Part shown: positions 39,621 to 51,500 of the stretch, one piece after another
How the letters are laid out: each line of letters starts with the position of its first letter
How positions within the stretch are numbered: the stretch's first letter is position 1
Source: Hemiscyllium ocellatum
Lineage: Eukaryota
Assembly: GCF_020745735.1 (NCBI RefSeq)
Contig: NC_083408.1
Coordinates: forward strand, 6,089,131 to 6,153,130
Direction of reading: 5' to 3'
DNA: 64,000 bases
Made by a program: the position numbers and the translations under genes
Notes under the pieces: generated by a model
What the model was told of the DNA's origin: nothing
Seen by the model: the letters and a program-made list of their open reading frames with translations, nothing else
The model's database searches: none

Positions 39621-40779
39621 ATTGTGTTCAGCCGTTTCTTCATGTCACGTGCAGCGAATCGAATCGGTTAAAGACTGGCATCTGGGATTCTGTGAGTATC
39701 ATGGTGAGGATGAGGTGGATCATCAATACCATGCTTCTGGCTGAGGATGGTGTAGATACTACATCCTTGACTTTTGCACAGGTGTACACGGCTGTTTCGT
39801 TATTTTGGATGGGGACATTTCAGGAGTCCTCTCCACCAGTAAGTTGTTTAATGTTCCATCGACCTTTATCCCTGGATGTGGCAGTCCTGCAAAGCTTAGA
39901 TCTGATCTGTTTGAATTGGGATCAATTCTCCCTCTCCATCAGATGTTAGTTCCTCTGTTTGGAGTGTAACCAATCCAGTGCGATAGCTTGAACAAGTTAT
40001 CATCAAGTTTAGGTACACATGGTTCTGGCTCTGGCATGCTCACACACACTCACTAAACTATGGATCTGCTTGTGCAGCTGTTGTGGTTTTTCAGCATCAC
40101 ATGTTAACCCAGTTTTATCTGCAATATCTGAAATTTAATTCTTCCAGTGACCCTTCTACAAAACTCCTAGTCTGTGCGGCAATCTTTGACCTTTTAGGTC
40201 CACTATCCATAATTATTTGCTGACATGAACATTTGTGCTTATCCTATTTATTTCTGGAGAAATTCCGCAGGTCTGGCAGCATCTTCAGAGACAGAGAAAC
40301 AGAGTTAACGTTTCAAGTCCAGTGTGATGCTTCTTCAGAACTGAAAATGATTGGAAAATGAGCTTTTGATCCTTATCCGAGATGGGGGATGGAAAAGAGG
40401 GTGTGGCAACAGATAATCGGACTTTTAGCAGTGGTGAACGAGACGATGATGTAAAACGTGTTTACATTAATATATGATTGGGGGAAAGGGGTTCCTTCTC
40501 TTGAGTGCAAGATAAAAAAACACAAAAAGTCAAGATCAGAGGGAGGCCAAGAGGGTGAATGTGAACTATGTGGTATTATGTAGATCTGGGGAGAAGTAAG
40601 TTTTACTGCAGAGGTCATCACCCCCTTTAGAAAAAAGGAATTCAGGTGTTTGACCTCGTATTGGAACTAGTAAATGTTTCATGCTGCCTTAGCATTGTAA
40701 CATGGAGAAAAGCAAATCACAATATGAAATTTGGAGTGTGTGTTGTTTACCAGCCGCATGTAGTATTGTTTCCAATTTG

Positions 40780-41170
40780 AGATGTTGATTTTGAAAAACT
40801 TCATCTTGAAGTTAGTATCAGGTGGAGTGTAGGAGATTAATGTGTGACATTATAAAAATTAGAAAATCATGGGAGGCATGGGTATGGTGAATGGACAAGG
40901 TATTTTCCACAGGATGGGGGATTTCAAACATAGAAGGCATAACGTTAAGGTGAAAGGGGGATATTTAAATGGGACGAAGGAGCTACGTTTTTACACAGGG
41001 GTGGTGAGGGTATGGAATGAGCTGCCAGAGGAAGAGTGGTAGATGCAAGTACAGCCGGAACATTGAAAAGACATTTGGACAAACATATGATGGGGATACA
41101 TTTAGAGGCATGTGCGCCAAATGCAAGCAGATGGGACTAATTTAGTTTGGAAAACCTGGCCAGCATGGAC
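40780..41170 (+). mobile_element. CR1 3' end fragment (paralog at about 55900-56310)
   Basis: gtatggaatgagctgccagaggaag, gacatttggacaaacatatg. Confidence 0.85.
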
Positions 41171-41944
41171 AATTAGAAAAGCTTCACGCAGAGTCAGTGT
41201 GGTTTTGTGAACGGGAAGTTACATTTTGCCTTTTATGTTCATGCAAAGTGTTTCTGGAGATCCCTGAGAATGGAACAAGCGGATTTGATAGAGGGGATCT
41301 CGTACTCAGGAGACTTTCCAGAGATTTTCCACAAGGTATCACAAAATAAAAGTTCTTACACAATACAGAACCTCATAGCCTGACGGATAATTTATTAGCA
41401 TGGGATGACGATTGGCTAACACAGAGAAATCAGAGAGTTAGGATGAATAGATCGTTATGATAAAAGTGTATCTGCTGGAGTACCACAGATATGTGTCCGA
41501 TGGCATCAGTTATTTCCAATCTTTACTGATAGCCTGAAGGAGGGCACCACAGAGTGCACAATACAATTTCATTGCGGGATCCGTTATTTTAAACTGTGTT
41601 AACCCAACATCAATTCACCACGTCTTTTCAGACAAAAAAGATACAGTAATTAGGAATAGACACACGCCATTCCGCACTCCAAACCTGTCCCACATTCCCA
41701 CTGTCTCTTTCCGATCAAATACTTATCAAATTCAGCCTCTGCTGCTGTCTCAGGAAGAGAATACCTGATAGCATAACACCACACAAGAATAATAAAAGGA
41801 GCAGAATTAGGCCGTTCGACCTATCGAGTCTGATATGTCGTTCAAGAATTTATTGTATGTTCCTCAACCTCATTTCCCCCCTTTTGCCTAGAATCCTTGA
41901 ACCCCTTATAAATCAAAAATTGTTCTATTTGTGTCTTAATGAGA

Positions 41945-42190
41945 CGAGTGTCTGCGTGTGTTTGTGTCCATCTGTTTTTTGTATGAGTATTTGTTTGTCT
42001 ACGGCTGTCTGTGTACCTGCCTGTGTATTTCTATCTGTGTTTGTTTCTATTGTGTGTGCCTGTATCTGTCTTTGTGTACTTCTAAGTGTGTGCACGCTTG
42101 TCTTCTTGTATGTAGTGTACATATTCGTATATTGGGGTATTTACCAATGTTTCTATGTAATTCTATGCCTCCATCTCTGTGCTGTGAGGT
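41945..42190. repeat. Degenerate GT-rich microsatellite
   Basis: Directly visible; explains ORFs at 41857-42248. Confidence 0.85.
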
Positions 42191-43754
42191 ATCTGTTGTT
42201 TTTAGAGTGAGAGAGCTGACGCTGGAACTGCCAGTGGGTTTAAAGTGAGAATTTCCCTTCGCTGATCATTGCTCCTCAGTTGGTCGGACGTTGATGTTTC
42301 AGAATCTTCACACAAGTCGTCCCGGTTCTCTTTGGCTCGTACTAAGGTCCTCCCCACACGGCGTGGGGAAGGGAGAGGGAACGGATATCAGGCATCCCAC
42401 CACCTAGATTGGCCCTTTCTCTCCTATTCCACGCTGTTTCTCCTGGAATGGGAGAAAGGGAGGGTGTGTTTTTGTGTGTGTGGGGTGGGGGCGAGTCGTT
42501 GGCCCTGCTGATAGTGCAGGTCCAGGTGGAGTGACATGGTGAGGTGTCCTGAGTGATTCAGTCCACAGTGTTGTATTCATTCGTTATTAATGTGGAGGCC
42601 ACTGCATAAGTGACAGAGAAGGTGAAGAAAAGAAGTTCAATAGTGAATTCAATAGTGAGAGTGTTAGTGCCTGAGCCTTATTTGGAGATAGAGCTTGAGC
42701 CTTGTTCGGGGGTTGGGGCTATAATAGGTATGCACTGAGTGTGAGGGAGCAGACAGAATACAGTGGCACTTATCCTAGCAGAGCGGGGAAGCTTATTCAT
42801 GCTTGTCCTGTATCGTTGGACATTTCTTCAGATCATCCCAGCTTCGAGGTGAGCCTCCCCGAATGTCTAGTCCATGTGTATCATTAATAACAATGCAGAC
42901 TATGTCCCTCATCGTTCACAGAATCAGTGTAGGCAGAACTTACAAATAGCAAGGAGATGCATACATTGGTGGGTTATATAACTAAACCAAAACGGTAACA
43001 GAAAGTCTGAACATCATGTGCTCTGAAAATTACACATGCAAGTGTTGTGAATACTGCAGTCTTATTGGATGGTCTCAAGTTGTAGCTAAACTGCGTTAAC
43101 TAAGTGACTGCACATGCTGTGGAAAATAAATTCCATAAGTGTATATGAGGTGCGTTGAAGTGTATGTTGTGAACCAAACTAGACAGCAGGTTATTTCGGA
43201 GTTTGTGTTGTGTGGTAAGAAAGATTAATTTCGACCTTACACTGAAGCAGCTTTTGAGGAATAGTGATGTTAATAAGGTTCATTTTACATGGCGTCCGCA
43301 TACAATATCAAATGTGTGAACATTCTGGTCAAACCTCATGGTATCCCGGAGGGTAGAGGGTCAAGTTCACTCCAGTAAATTTCGAAAGAACAATATAACA
43401 TTCAGTGGGAGAAAAACAATGGTTGTTCAGATCACAGAGTTCTACAGCACGGACTCAGGTCCTTCAGCTCAAAGTGGTCGATTCTGAACAAAATGTCCAT
43501 TCACACCAACCCATTTTACTGCCATTGCCCTGCATCCTTCTAACGCTTTCCTATCCGTATATTTGTCCAAATGTCTTTTAACCCCTGCCAACTCATTTCA
43601 TATGCAGACCAAGATGTGTGTAAAGGTCATTGCTCATCAGTGTCCCTTTTATTCTTACCCCCTGATCTTAAACAGATGCCCTCTCGTCCGCGATTGCTGT
43701 CCAACACTGGGAAGAAAGGATTGGGTGCATTCATGCCTCCTGTGATCGTTTAAG

Positions 43755-45222
43755 CGGATTGGAGAATGGCTAATGTTGTACCACTTTTAAAGAAAGGTGG
43801 GAGATAGAATGCAGGAAATTATAGGCCAGTTAGTCTGACCTCAGTGGTGGGAAAGATGCTGGAGTCTATTATAAAGGACGAAATTGCGACACATCTGGCT
43901 AGTAGTAACAGGATAGGTCATAGCCAGCATGGAATTATTAAGGGGAAATCATGCTTAACTAAACTTCTGGATTTTTTTAAGCATGTTAACTCTGAAGATG
44001 GACGAGGGAGATCCAGGAGATGTAATGTACCAGACTTTCATAAAGCTTTTGATAAAGTCCCACATAGGAGGTTAGTGAGCAAATTTAGGGCGCATGGTAT
44101 TGGGGGCAAAGTACTAACTTGGATTAAAAGTTGGTTGACTGACAGGAAACAAAGAGTAGCAATAAACTGCTCCATTTCAGAATGGCAGGTGGTGACCAGT
44201 GGAGTGCCACAGGGATCAGTGCTGGGACCGCAGCTCTTTATAATATATATTAATGATATAGAAGATGGTATTAGTAATAACATTAGCAAATTTGCTGATG
44301 ATACTAAGTTAGGTGGAAGGGTGAAATGTGAGGAAGGATGTTAGGAGATTATATGGTGACCTGGACAGGTTAAGTGAGTGGTCAGAATCATGGCAAATGC
44401 AGTTTAATGTGGATAAATGTATGGTTATCCACTTTGCTGGCAAGAAAAGGAAGGCAGATTACTACCTAAATGGAATCAATTTAGGTAAAGGGGCAATGCA
44501 AAAAGATCTGGTATACAAGTCAATGAAGGTAAGCATGCAGGTACAGCAGGTAGTGAAGAAGGCTAATAGCATGCTGTCCTTAATAACAAGAGGGATTGAG
44601 TATAGAAGCAAAGAAGTTCTTCTGCAGCTGTACAGGGCCCTGGTGAGACCACACCTGGAGTATTGTGTGCAGTGCTGGTCTCCAAATTTGAGGGAAGGCA
44701 TTTCTGGCTATTGAGGAAGTGAAGTGTAGGTTTATGAGGTCAATTCCTGGAATGGTGGAACTACCTTACGCTGAAAGACTGGAGTGATTGGGCTTGTATA
44801 CCCCTGATTATAGAAGACTGAGGGGGGATCTGAATGAGACATACATGATTACTAAAGGATTGGACACTCTGGAGGCAGGAAACATGTTTCTGCTGATGCG
44901 TGAATGCTGAACCAGAGGACATAGCTTAAAAATACGGGGTAGACGATTTAGGACAGAGATGAGGAGAAACTTCTTCAACCAGGGAGTGGTGGCTGTGTGG
45001 AATGCTCTGCCCCAGAGGGTAGTGGAGGTCCAGTCTCTGGATTTATTTCAGAAATAGTTGGATAGAGCTCTTGAGGATAGTGGAATCATGGGTTATGGAG
45101 ATAAAGCAAAACCAAGATACTGATTAAGGATGATCAGCCATGATCATATTGAATGGTCATACACGCTCGAAAGGCAGAATGGCCTACTCCTGCGCCTATT
45201 GTCGATTTGCTATTGTCTAATG
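43755..45222 (+). mobile_element. Younger 5'-truncated CR1 LINE
   Basis: KAFDKVPHRRL, VTSGVPQGSVLGPQLFIIYINDI, KFADDTKLGG, LYRALVRPHLEYCVQCWSP; 3' UTR gatcagccatgatcatattgaatgg. Confidence 0.95.
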
Positions 45223-46270
45223 TCTATAAGAACCCTCTCAGTCTCATATACTCTAAAGTAAAATGTCCTAGCTTGTCCAACCTCTCCCTAAAACTCAGAC
45301 CATTAAGACCTTGGCAACATCCTTATAACTTTCTTCTGCACTCTTTCCAATTTAATAACATCCCTCCGATAGCAAAGTGAACAAAACTGATCATGACGCT
45401 TCACAAAATGCCTCACTAGTTTCCTGTATAACTGCGACGTAACTCCTTAACTTCGATACTCAGTGCTCTGTTTGATGAAGGTCAGTGTGCCAAAAGCCTT
45501 CTGCACTGCCCTGTCTACTTGTGAATCAACTTTCAGAGCACCGTGCACCTGAACTCCAAGGTCCGTCTGATTCAATAAACACCTTAAGGCCCAACCATTC
45601 ATCATGAAACTCCAACCTCGACTCGAATTTCTAAAATACAAGAACGCACTCCGATCTTTATTAAACTGAATTTTCCATTTCTCAGTCCACTTCTCCAGCT
45701 GATCAAGGTACTGCTGAAATTTCTAAAATTCCTGATAGCCTTTCTCACTCTCCATGATGTTGCCTATTTTAGTATCATCATCAAACTTAAAAATCATGCC
45801 TGTGCATTCTCATCTAGATCATACATGTATGTAATAGGCAAATTATACATATATATACAGATATATATAATACATCTGTGATGTGGATCAGAGAACATGT
45901 ATGTATAATATATATATAAACAAATAATGTTCCCAGCACCGACCCCTGAAGTATTTCACTATTCAGAAGTCTCCAGTCCGACAAGCATCCTTCCTACATT
46001 ACACTCTGCTTCCTACCACCAAGCCAATTGTGTAAGTAATTTACCAGCTCCCCTGGATTCCAGGGGATCAAACATTCCAGAGTAGCTGATCTTTTGTAAC
46101 CTTATCAAAGGCCTTACTGATATCCATATAGGCTATGTGCATCATTCTGCCCTCATCACTATTCATCGTCTCTTCATCTAAGCACTGTAAGAAGTTTGAG
46201 AGCCATGATCTCTCTTGCACAAAACCATGCGGACTGCTGCTAATAAAACCCCGTCTTTCAAGTGCATGTA

Positions 46271-46473
46271 CAGAGGAACCAATATTGTCCAAATATCAAT
46301 TATCCGAAATTTGGATTATCTAAAGGGGACCTCAAGGTCCCGATAGCAACATTATGCCTCTCAACCCTGATTGTGTGTTTGTTTTGTAGGTACAATGATT
46401 TAAAAAAAAAATTGTCTTACTAAAATGCTGCCAAGAACAGTCCAGGCACCGTCTCCAAAAGGCTGACCGCCCG

Positions 46474-46510
<37 letters not shown>

Positions 46511-46616
46511 CACACTTTCCCTGGAATTCTACACTGGGCTTTCCCCTCAACCTGCCTCACCTGGAAAACTGCACCAACATAGTCCTGTACACAGCAAAGA
46601 TGGAACTTGTCAAAAC

Positions 46617-46678
<62 letters not shown>

Positions 46679-47401
46679 TATTTGAAGACTTACCCCACAA
46701 AGACAGCAGCAGCAGTCTTGTTGATGTACAGTCCGGCTGCTCCGGTGGAGGTGGTTGGGGATACAGGTTTGGGGTTCATGGCTGGGGCAGATGGGGGCAC
46801 GGGAGGGAGTCCGAAAATGGGTGGGGATGGTTGGGGGTGTGGGGGTGTGGGAGTGCGGGTTTGGGGGTGCATGTTTAGAGGCGTGCAGGTGTGTGGATGG
46901 GGTTTGGATGATGGTTGGGGATGGTTGCGCGTGCGCGTTTGGGGAGCAATGTTGGTTTTGCAGGGTTAGGAACGGCCAGGGGCTGATGGGAATGGCGTTG
47001 GATGGGGTTATGGGCTGGTGGGGGCGGGGTTGTGGTGGGAGCGGATAAGGTTGTGGGCGGGCGGCTGGGTGCATGTTAGCAGGCAGTTTGGTGGTGCGTG
47101 GGGGTGGACAGGGACATGGCGGGGAGTGGACGGGGTTGTGGGCGGGCGGCGGGAGCGGTGGAAGTGGACAGTGTTCGGGGTGGATGGAGCATAGATTGGG
47201 CAGGGTAGGAGCGGACAAGGCGGGGACGGAGCAGACGTGGCGTGGAATCTAGCACACAGTGTGCTTTAGCCTTGTCTCCTGAATGGGGGCAGACTTCACA
47301 GAAAACTCCGAATCCCAGAGTAGATCAATTAATCGAATAATCAATTATCTTTTTTGAAATAGTGCTCCGTACATCCCAATAAGGTAATCGAGGTTCCTCG
47401 G
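46271..47401. mobile_element. Tigger/pogo-like (Tc1/mariner superfamily) non-autonomous DNA transposon (MITE), 1131 bp
   Basis: Left end TA|cagaggaaccaatattgtcc, right end ggtaatcgaggttcctcgg|TA (reverse complement ccgaggaacctcgattacc). TA duplicated at 46269-70 and 47402-03. Removing it restores CR1 codons LLEKILRDKIYMH. Confidence 0.85.
46619..46676. repeat. Perfect (TG)n microsatellite, about 29 units; (CT)n at 46478-46506
   Basis: Directly visible. Confidence 0.98.
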
Positions 47402-48412
47402 TATATCTTATCTCTCAGAATCTTCTCAAGTAACTATCTACTACAGATGTTAGTTCTATTGGTCTATTGCTCCAGGTTTATCTTTGTAGCCCTCTTTGAA
47501 TAAGGTCACAACATTCACTATCCTCCAGTCCTCGGGGAGCTCACCTATTGGCCAGCGAAGTTGGAAAAGTACCAACCTTTGCTCACGTAATTTCTTCTCT
47601 ATCCACCTGCAGAGTTCCTGAATAGATCTGGTCAGGATCAGGAGATTAAAAGAAGTACTGCAAAGTCGGAAAATATATGTCTCTTTCTTGAACTTCAAAA
47701 CACCCCAGAGTGAGCAAGTGACAGAATGATGGTGAACGTAACAAAGTAAATATTGTATTAATCATAGGAAGTGACTGCAGAAGAATTCCAGAATTGTGGA
47801 AACCTGAGAATTTTCAGAAATTGATGATCCAGGAAAGGAGGATCATGAAGCTGATAAGGAAATCAAAAAGCGAACATGCACGCTAACAAAGAGGAACATA
47901 ACGACTGCATCAATCTACTCTCTATATTTCAAAAAAAACAACATAAAAGCAATGTCAAATGTGGAAGATTGTAATCGGCAGAGGAGAGTTCATTATGGAG
48001 AACAAGGAAATGGCCAAGAAAATAACCTGTTACTTTATATCTGTCTTCATGGAGGAAGATCCAGAAAACCACCCAGAAAACCAAGTGATCAGATGGAGCC
48101 TATGGAACTAAAGACATAAAGCCAATTTATAACAGTAAAAAGACAGCACTTGAAAATGTATTTAGATTGTGTGTTGCTAAGCCTGACAAAACCGATTAAC
48201 TCCGTATCAAAATGTCAGAAATAAGGCACTAATGGAAGTATTAATTGCACAGTTCATCACCGTGTTTTATTTTCCCTGTACATTCTGCAGAGACTGGAAG
48301 CCATTATAGATAAATGGAAGGTAACAAATGTGTTCCAAGCATTTTAGATGAATGGAAGGGATCCAAGCAAATATTTGTGATTTGGAGGAGCTGATGTTGG
48401 ATTGGGGTCGAC

Positions 48413-48576
48413 AAAGTTAAAAATCACACAACACTAGGATATAGTCCAACAGGTTTAATTGGAGGCAAAAGCTTTCAAACTGCACAACCTCCTGATGAAG
48501 AAGCAGCGCTTCGAAAGCTAGTAACAGCGAATAAACCTTTTGGACGGTAAGCTGGTTTTGTGTGATTTTTAACCTT
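48413..48576. mobile_element. Palindromic Penelope-derived short element carrying a hammerhead-like core
   Basis: Arms aaagttaaaaatcacacaac and gttttgtgtgatttttaacctt; internal ctgatga-agaagcagcgcttc-gaaagcta. Confidence 0.75.
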
Positions 48577-51500
48577 ATCATTTATGGTTATCATAAATGG
48601 TGGAGATGAGAATGTGGAGGGAGAGTGGGGGTTAGTATTATAAATTAATTTGAGTTGGCCGGGTGGTTGGCAGTGAGGAGGAAGGCCTTATGTTGCAGGA
48701 AGGTACAGAAGGAATGGTCAGAAGTGCAGATCAATGGCAGATGGAATGTAACGTTGATAAATATGAGTAGATGCACTTTGGAAGAAGGAATCAGACCGGG
48801 GAGGACTCAATTAATGGCAGCACACTGGGAATCTCAGAGGTGCTTTTCCAAACATCCCTGAATATGGCTGGACAGGTTAATAGTTAAGCTAAAAAGGCTT
48901 CGGAGTCGTAGATATAGATTATAAGAGTTATACATGAATTTGTTTAGAGCAAGATGGTATGCAGTGTGAAGTTCTGGATACTAAATTATGAAAGGATGTC
49001 ATTACACTGAGGCGAGTGGGGTTTGGTGGGGATTCACCAGGATGTTCCCTAAGATGGAGCGAATCAGCGATGGAGAGAGGTTGGATCAGCTCGGGTTGTT
49101 TACTTTGGAGCAGAGGAGGCTGAGGGGACATGATTCAGAAGGGTAAGATTACGAGGGGCATTGACAGAGTGGATAGACAGCAGCTGTTCCTTTTAGTCAA
49201 GAACAAGGGAGCAAGTGAAGTGCTTGAGGTTTAGAGAGAATTTTTTTAAAAAAGTCACCCAGAAAATGTTGGGTCCGGAAGAGAGAGAATGTTTGTTACA
49301 GGTAACTCCACAACAATTACGAAAGACTTGGACGAGTTTTTGCAGTGTCAAAACATGCCTGGTCCTGGGCCTCATGTCAGAAAGTGGGACTAATGTAGAT
49401 CGTTCAGTATTTCGGACGATATAGAGTCTGTGTTTCTGTGATTGTATGATTTTGGAATGCTTATCATTAAACTGTATAAGACAGAAATTGATGCTTTTTC
49501 GAAGAGTATATCAATGAGATTTATACGAGTGAACTGTAACAGCTTCTAAAGATATGCTAATGTAAATGGTAAGAAAATGGCAGAACTATGAATCAACTAC
49601 TTCATTCTGTCTTCACAGAAGATACCAAAGCAAAACAAAAGCTTCCTAGCAATACCATGAAACTTTAGTCTGATGAGAAAAAGAGAATACAATGAAATTA
49701 GCAACTAAACAGTTCGAGTGAAAGTATTGGGCATAGACAAAGTCAACATAGATTTATGAAATGGGAATCATATTTGAGAAAGTGAATTTCAGCAAAATTA
49801 TGGAGAAGCTGTCAATGCATTACGATTGGATTTTCAGAAAGATTTTTGATAAAGCCCCAAGCTTATTGTGTAAACTTGAATCCTGTGGGACTGGGGCTAA
49901 TATATTGTCATAGTTTTAGAATGGGAGAGCTGGCAGGAAACAGTGAGTAGGAATAAAACTTTTTTTCAGAATGGAAGGCTTGGAGGATATGGGGTTTGGG
50001 ACCCAGCTATTCCCAATACACATCATATTTTTGCTTGAGGGGCTTAATTGAAATATTCCCAAGTCTGCTGATCGCATTAAACGATGTTGGATTGTGAGTA
50101 GGTGAGCAGGACGTAAAGAGCTCCAAGGTGATTGAGACAACTGGAGTGACTGGGCAACTACATGGCAGATGGAGAGCAATGGGGGATATCGGGGGGGGGG
50201 GGGGAGATGTGACGAAGTGCATTGTTGAGAACAATAGAATGCCACTCTATCAATTGAAAATGGATTGATTGAAAAATGTTGATCGATAGAGGAACTTAAA
50301 CTGCATTTTTGTTTCCTTCTGCGCACCTGTGAAGGCCATGCATGGCTGTGAGTTGTGAAACCAGAAGTCAATACTGGGAATGGCAATGATACACTGACCA
50401 GTGTGCATAGACCCACCAAGTGGCCACCTGTAACATTGAAAAGGATTTAGATCTCCTTGTTCACCAGTCACTGAAAGCAATATTGCAGGAATGCAGAGCA
50501 GTTTGGAAGATAAATGGTGCATTGACCTTCACTTCAGGAGGATTTGAGTACAGGAGTGAGGATGTCTTACTGCAGCTGTTCAGGCCGTTGGTGAGATCCC
50601 ATCTCGAACATTGTGCAGTATTTTGTGTGGTTTTGCTCTCCCTGCTTATACAGGACAAACCTGGAATTGAGGTAGAGAAGACAGGCTTTTCGTGGGAACA
50701 GAGTTTGAGGCTACTGGGCCTGTACTCCATGGGGTTTAGGAAAATGACTGGTGATCTCAGTGAAATATCTAAAATTCTGAAAGGTGAGACAGATTGGAAG
50801 CAGAGATGATAATTCCCCTGACTGGGACGTCAAAAAACAAGGGGCCATAACATTAGGTACAGACAGGCCACTCTGCATTGAGATGAGAATAAATATCTTC
50901 ACTCAGAGACTGCTGAACTTGGTGAATTTTCTGGCACATAAGGCTGTGGAAGCCAAGGCACTGAACATAAATGAGGATTTCTGGAAACTAAAGGGATAGA
51001 CAAAGAGCAGGAGTATCTTGTGAAGATAGAGGATCAGATATCATTCCAGGTTTTTCTCCATTAACCCGGTATTTGTATTCCTGTGGAACATCGTGTTATC
51101 GAAAATCATGTAATATTAATAATTCGGCCTATGGGAAAAAGTGGGGAAGGGGCGAACCACTTCCCACCAAAAAACAAGAAAAAACCTATCATATTAGTTA
51201 ATCGAACACAAACGCACAAAGTCTAAAAAAAACTTTAAATCATATATTGTAATGAAACAATGCTGTAAATATTGCACTTTCACACTAAAGTCACTGACTA
51301 CAGCACTGTACCTTTCACCAAGCTCTTCGACAGAAAGCCCGTGAGCCGACTTGGCCACATGATGCTGACATGAAATTCCGGTTTGAAATAAAGGTAATTC
51401 TAAATGTAGGTACAATTCCGAGTTTCAGTCTCAGTTTCAAGGCTTGCAGAGCAGATTACATTCCTGCTTTAGTGAACACACTGAGGGTGCATTCTGCAGA

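Larger units (their letters stand above)
35200..41560 (+). repeat. Segmental duplicate copy A (paralog at about 48580-57300)
   Basis: Collinear shared TE mosaic and unique junctions, e.g. 36130-36270 vs 49430-49565, 38760-38990 vs 51840-52050, 40600-40830 vs 55690-55920. Confidence 0.85.
43430..47690 (-). mobile_element. Older CR1 LINE split by a younger CR1 and a MITE
   Basis: 3' end at about 43430; RT pieces DLGVQVHGALKVDSQVD (45447-), YMDISKAFDKV (46068-), ELPEDWRIVNVVTLFKEG (47456-). Confidence 0.85.

Noticed and set aside
46600-47218. 202-aa Pro/His-rich ORF and overlapping Gly/Val-rich ORFs
   Set aside because: Translations of the G-rich MITE interior and the (TG)n repeat; low complexity with few possible stop codons
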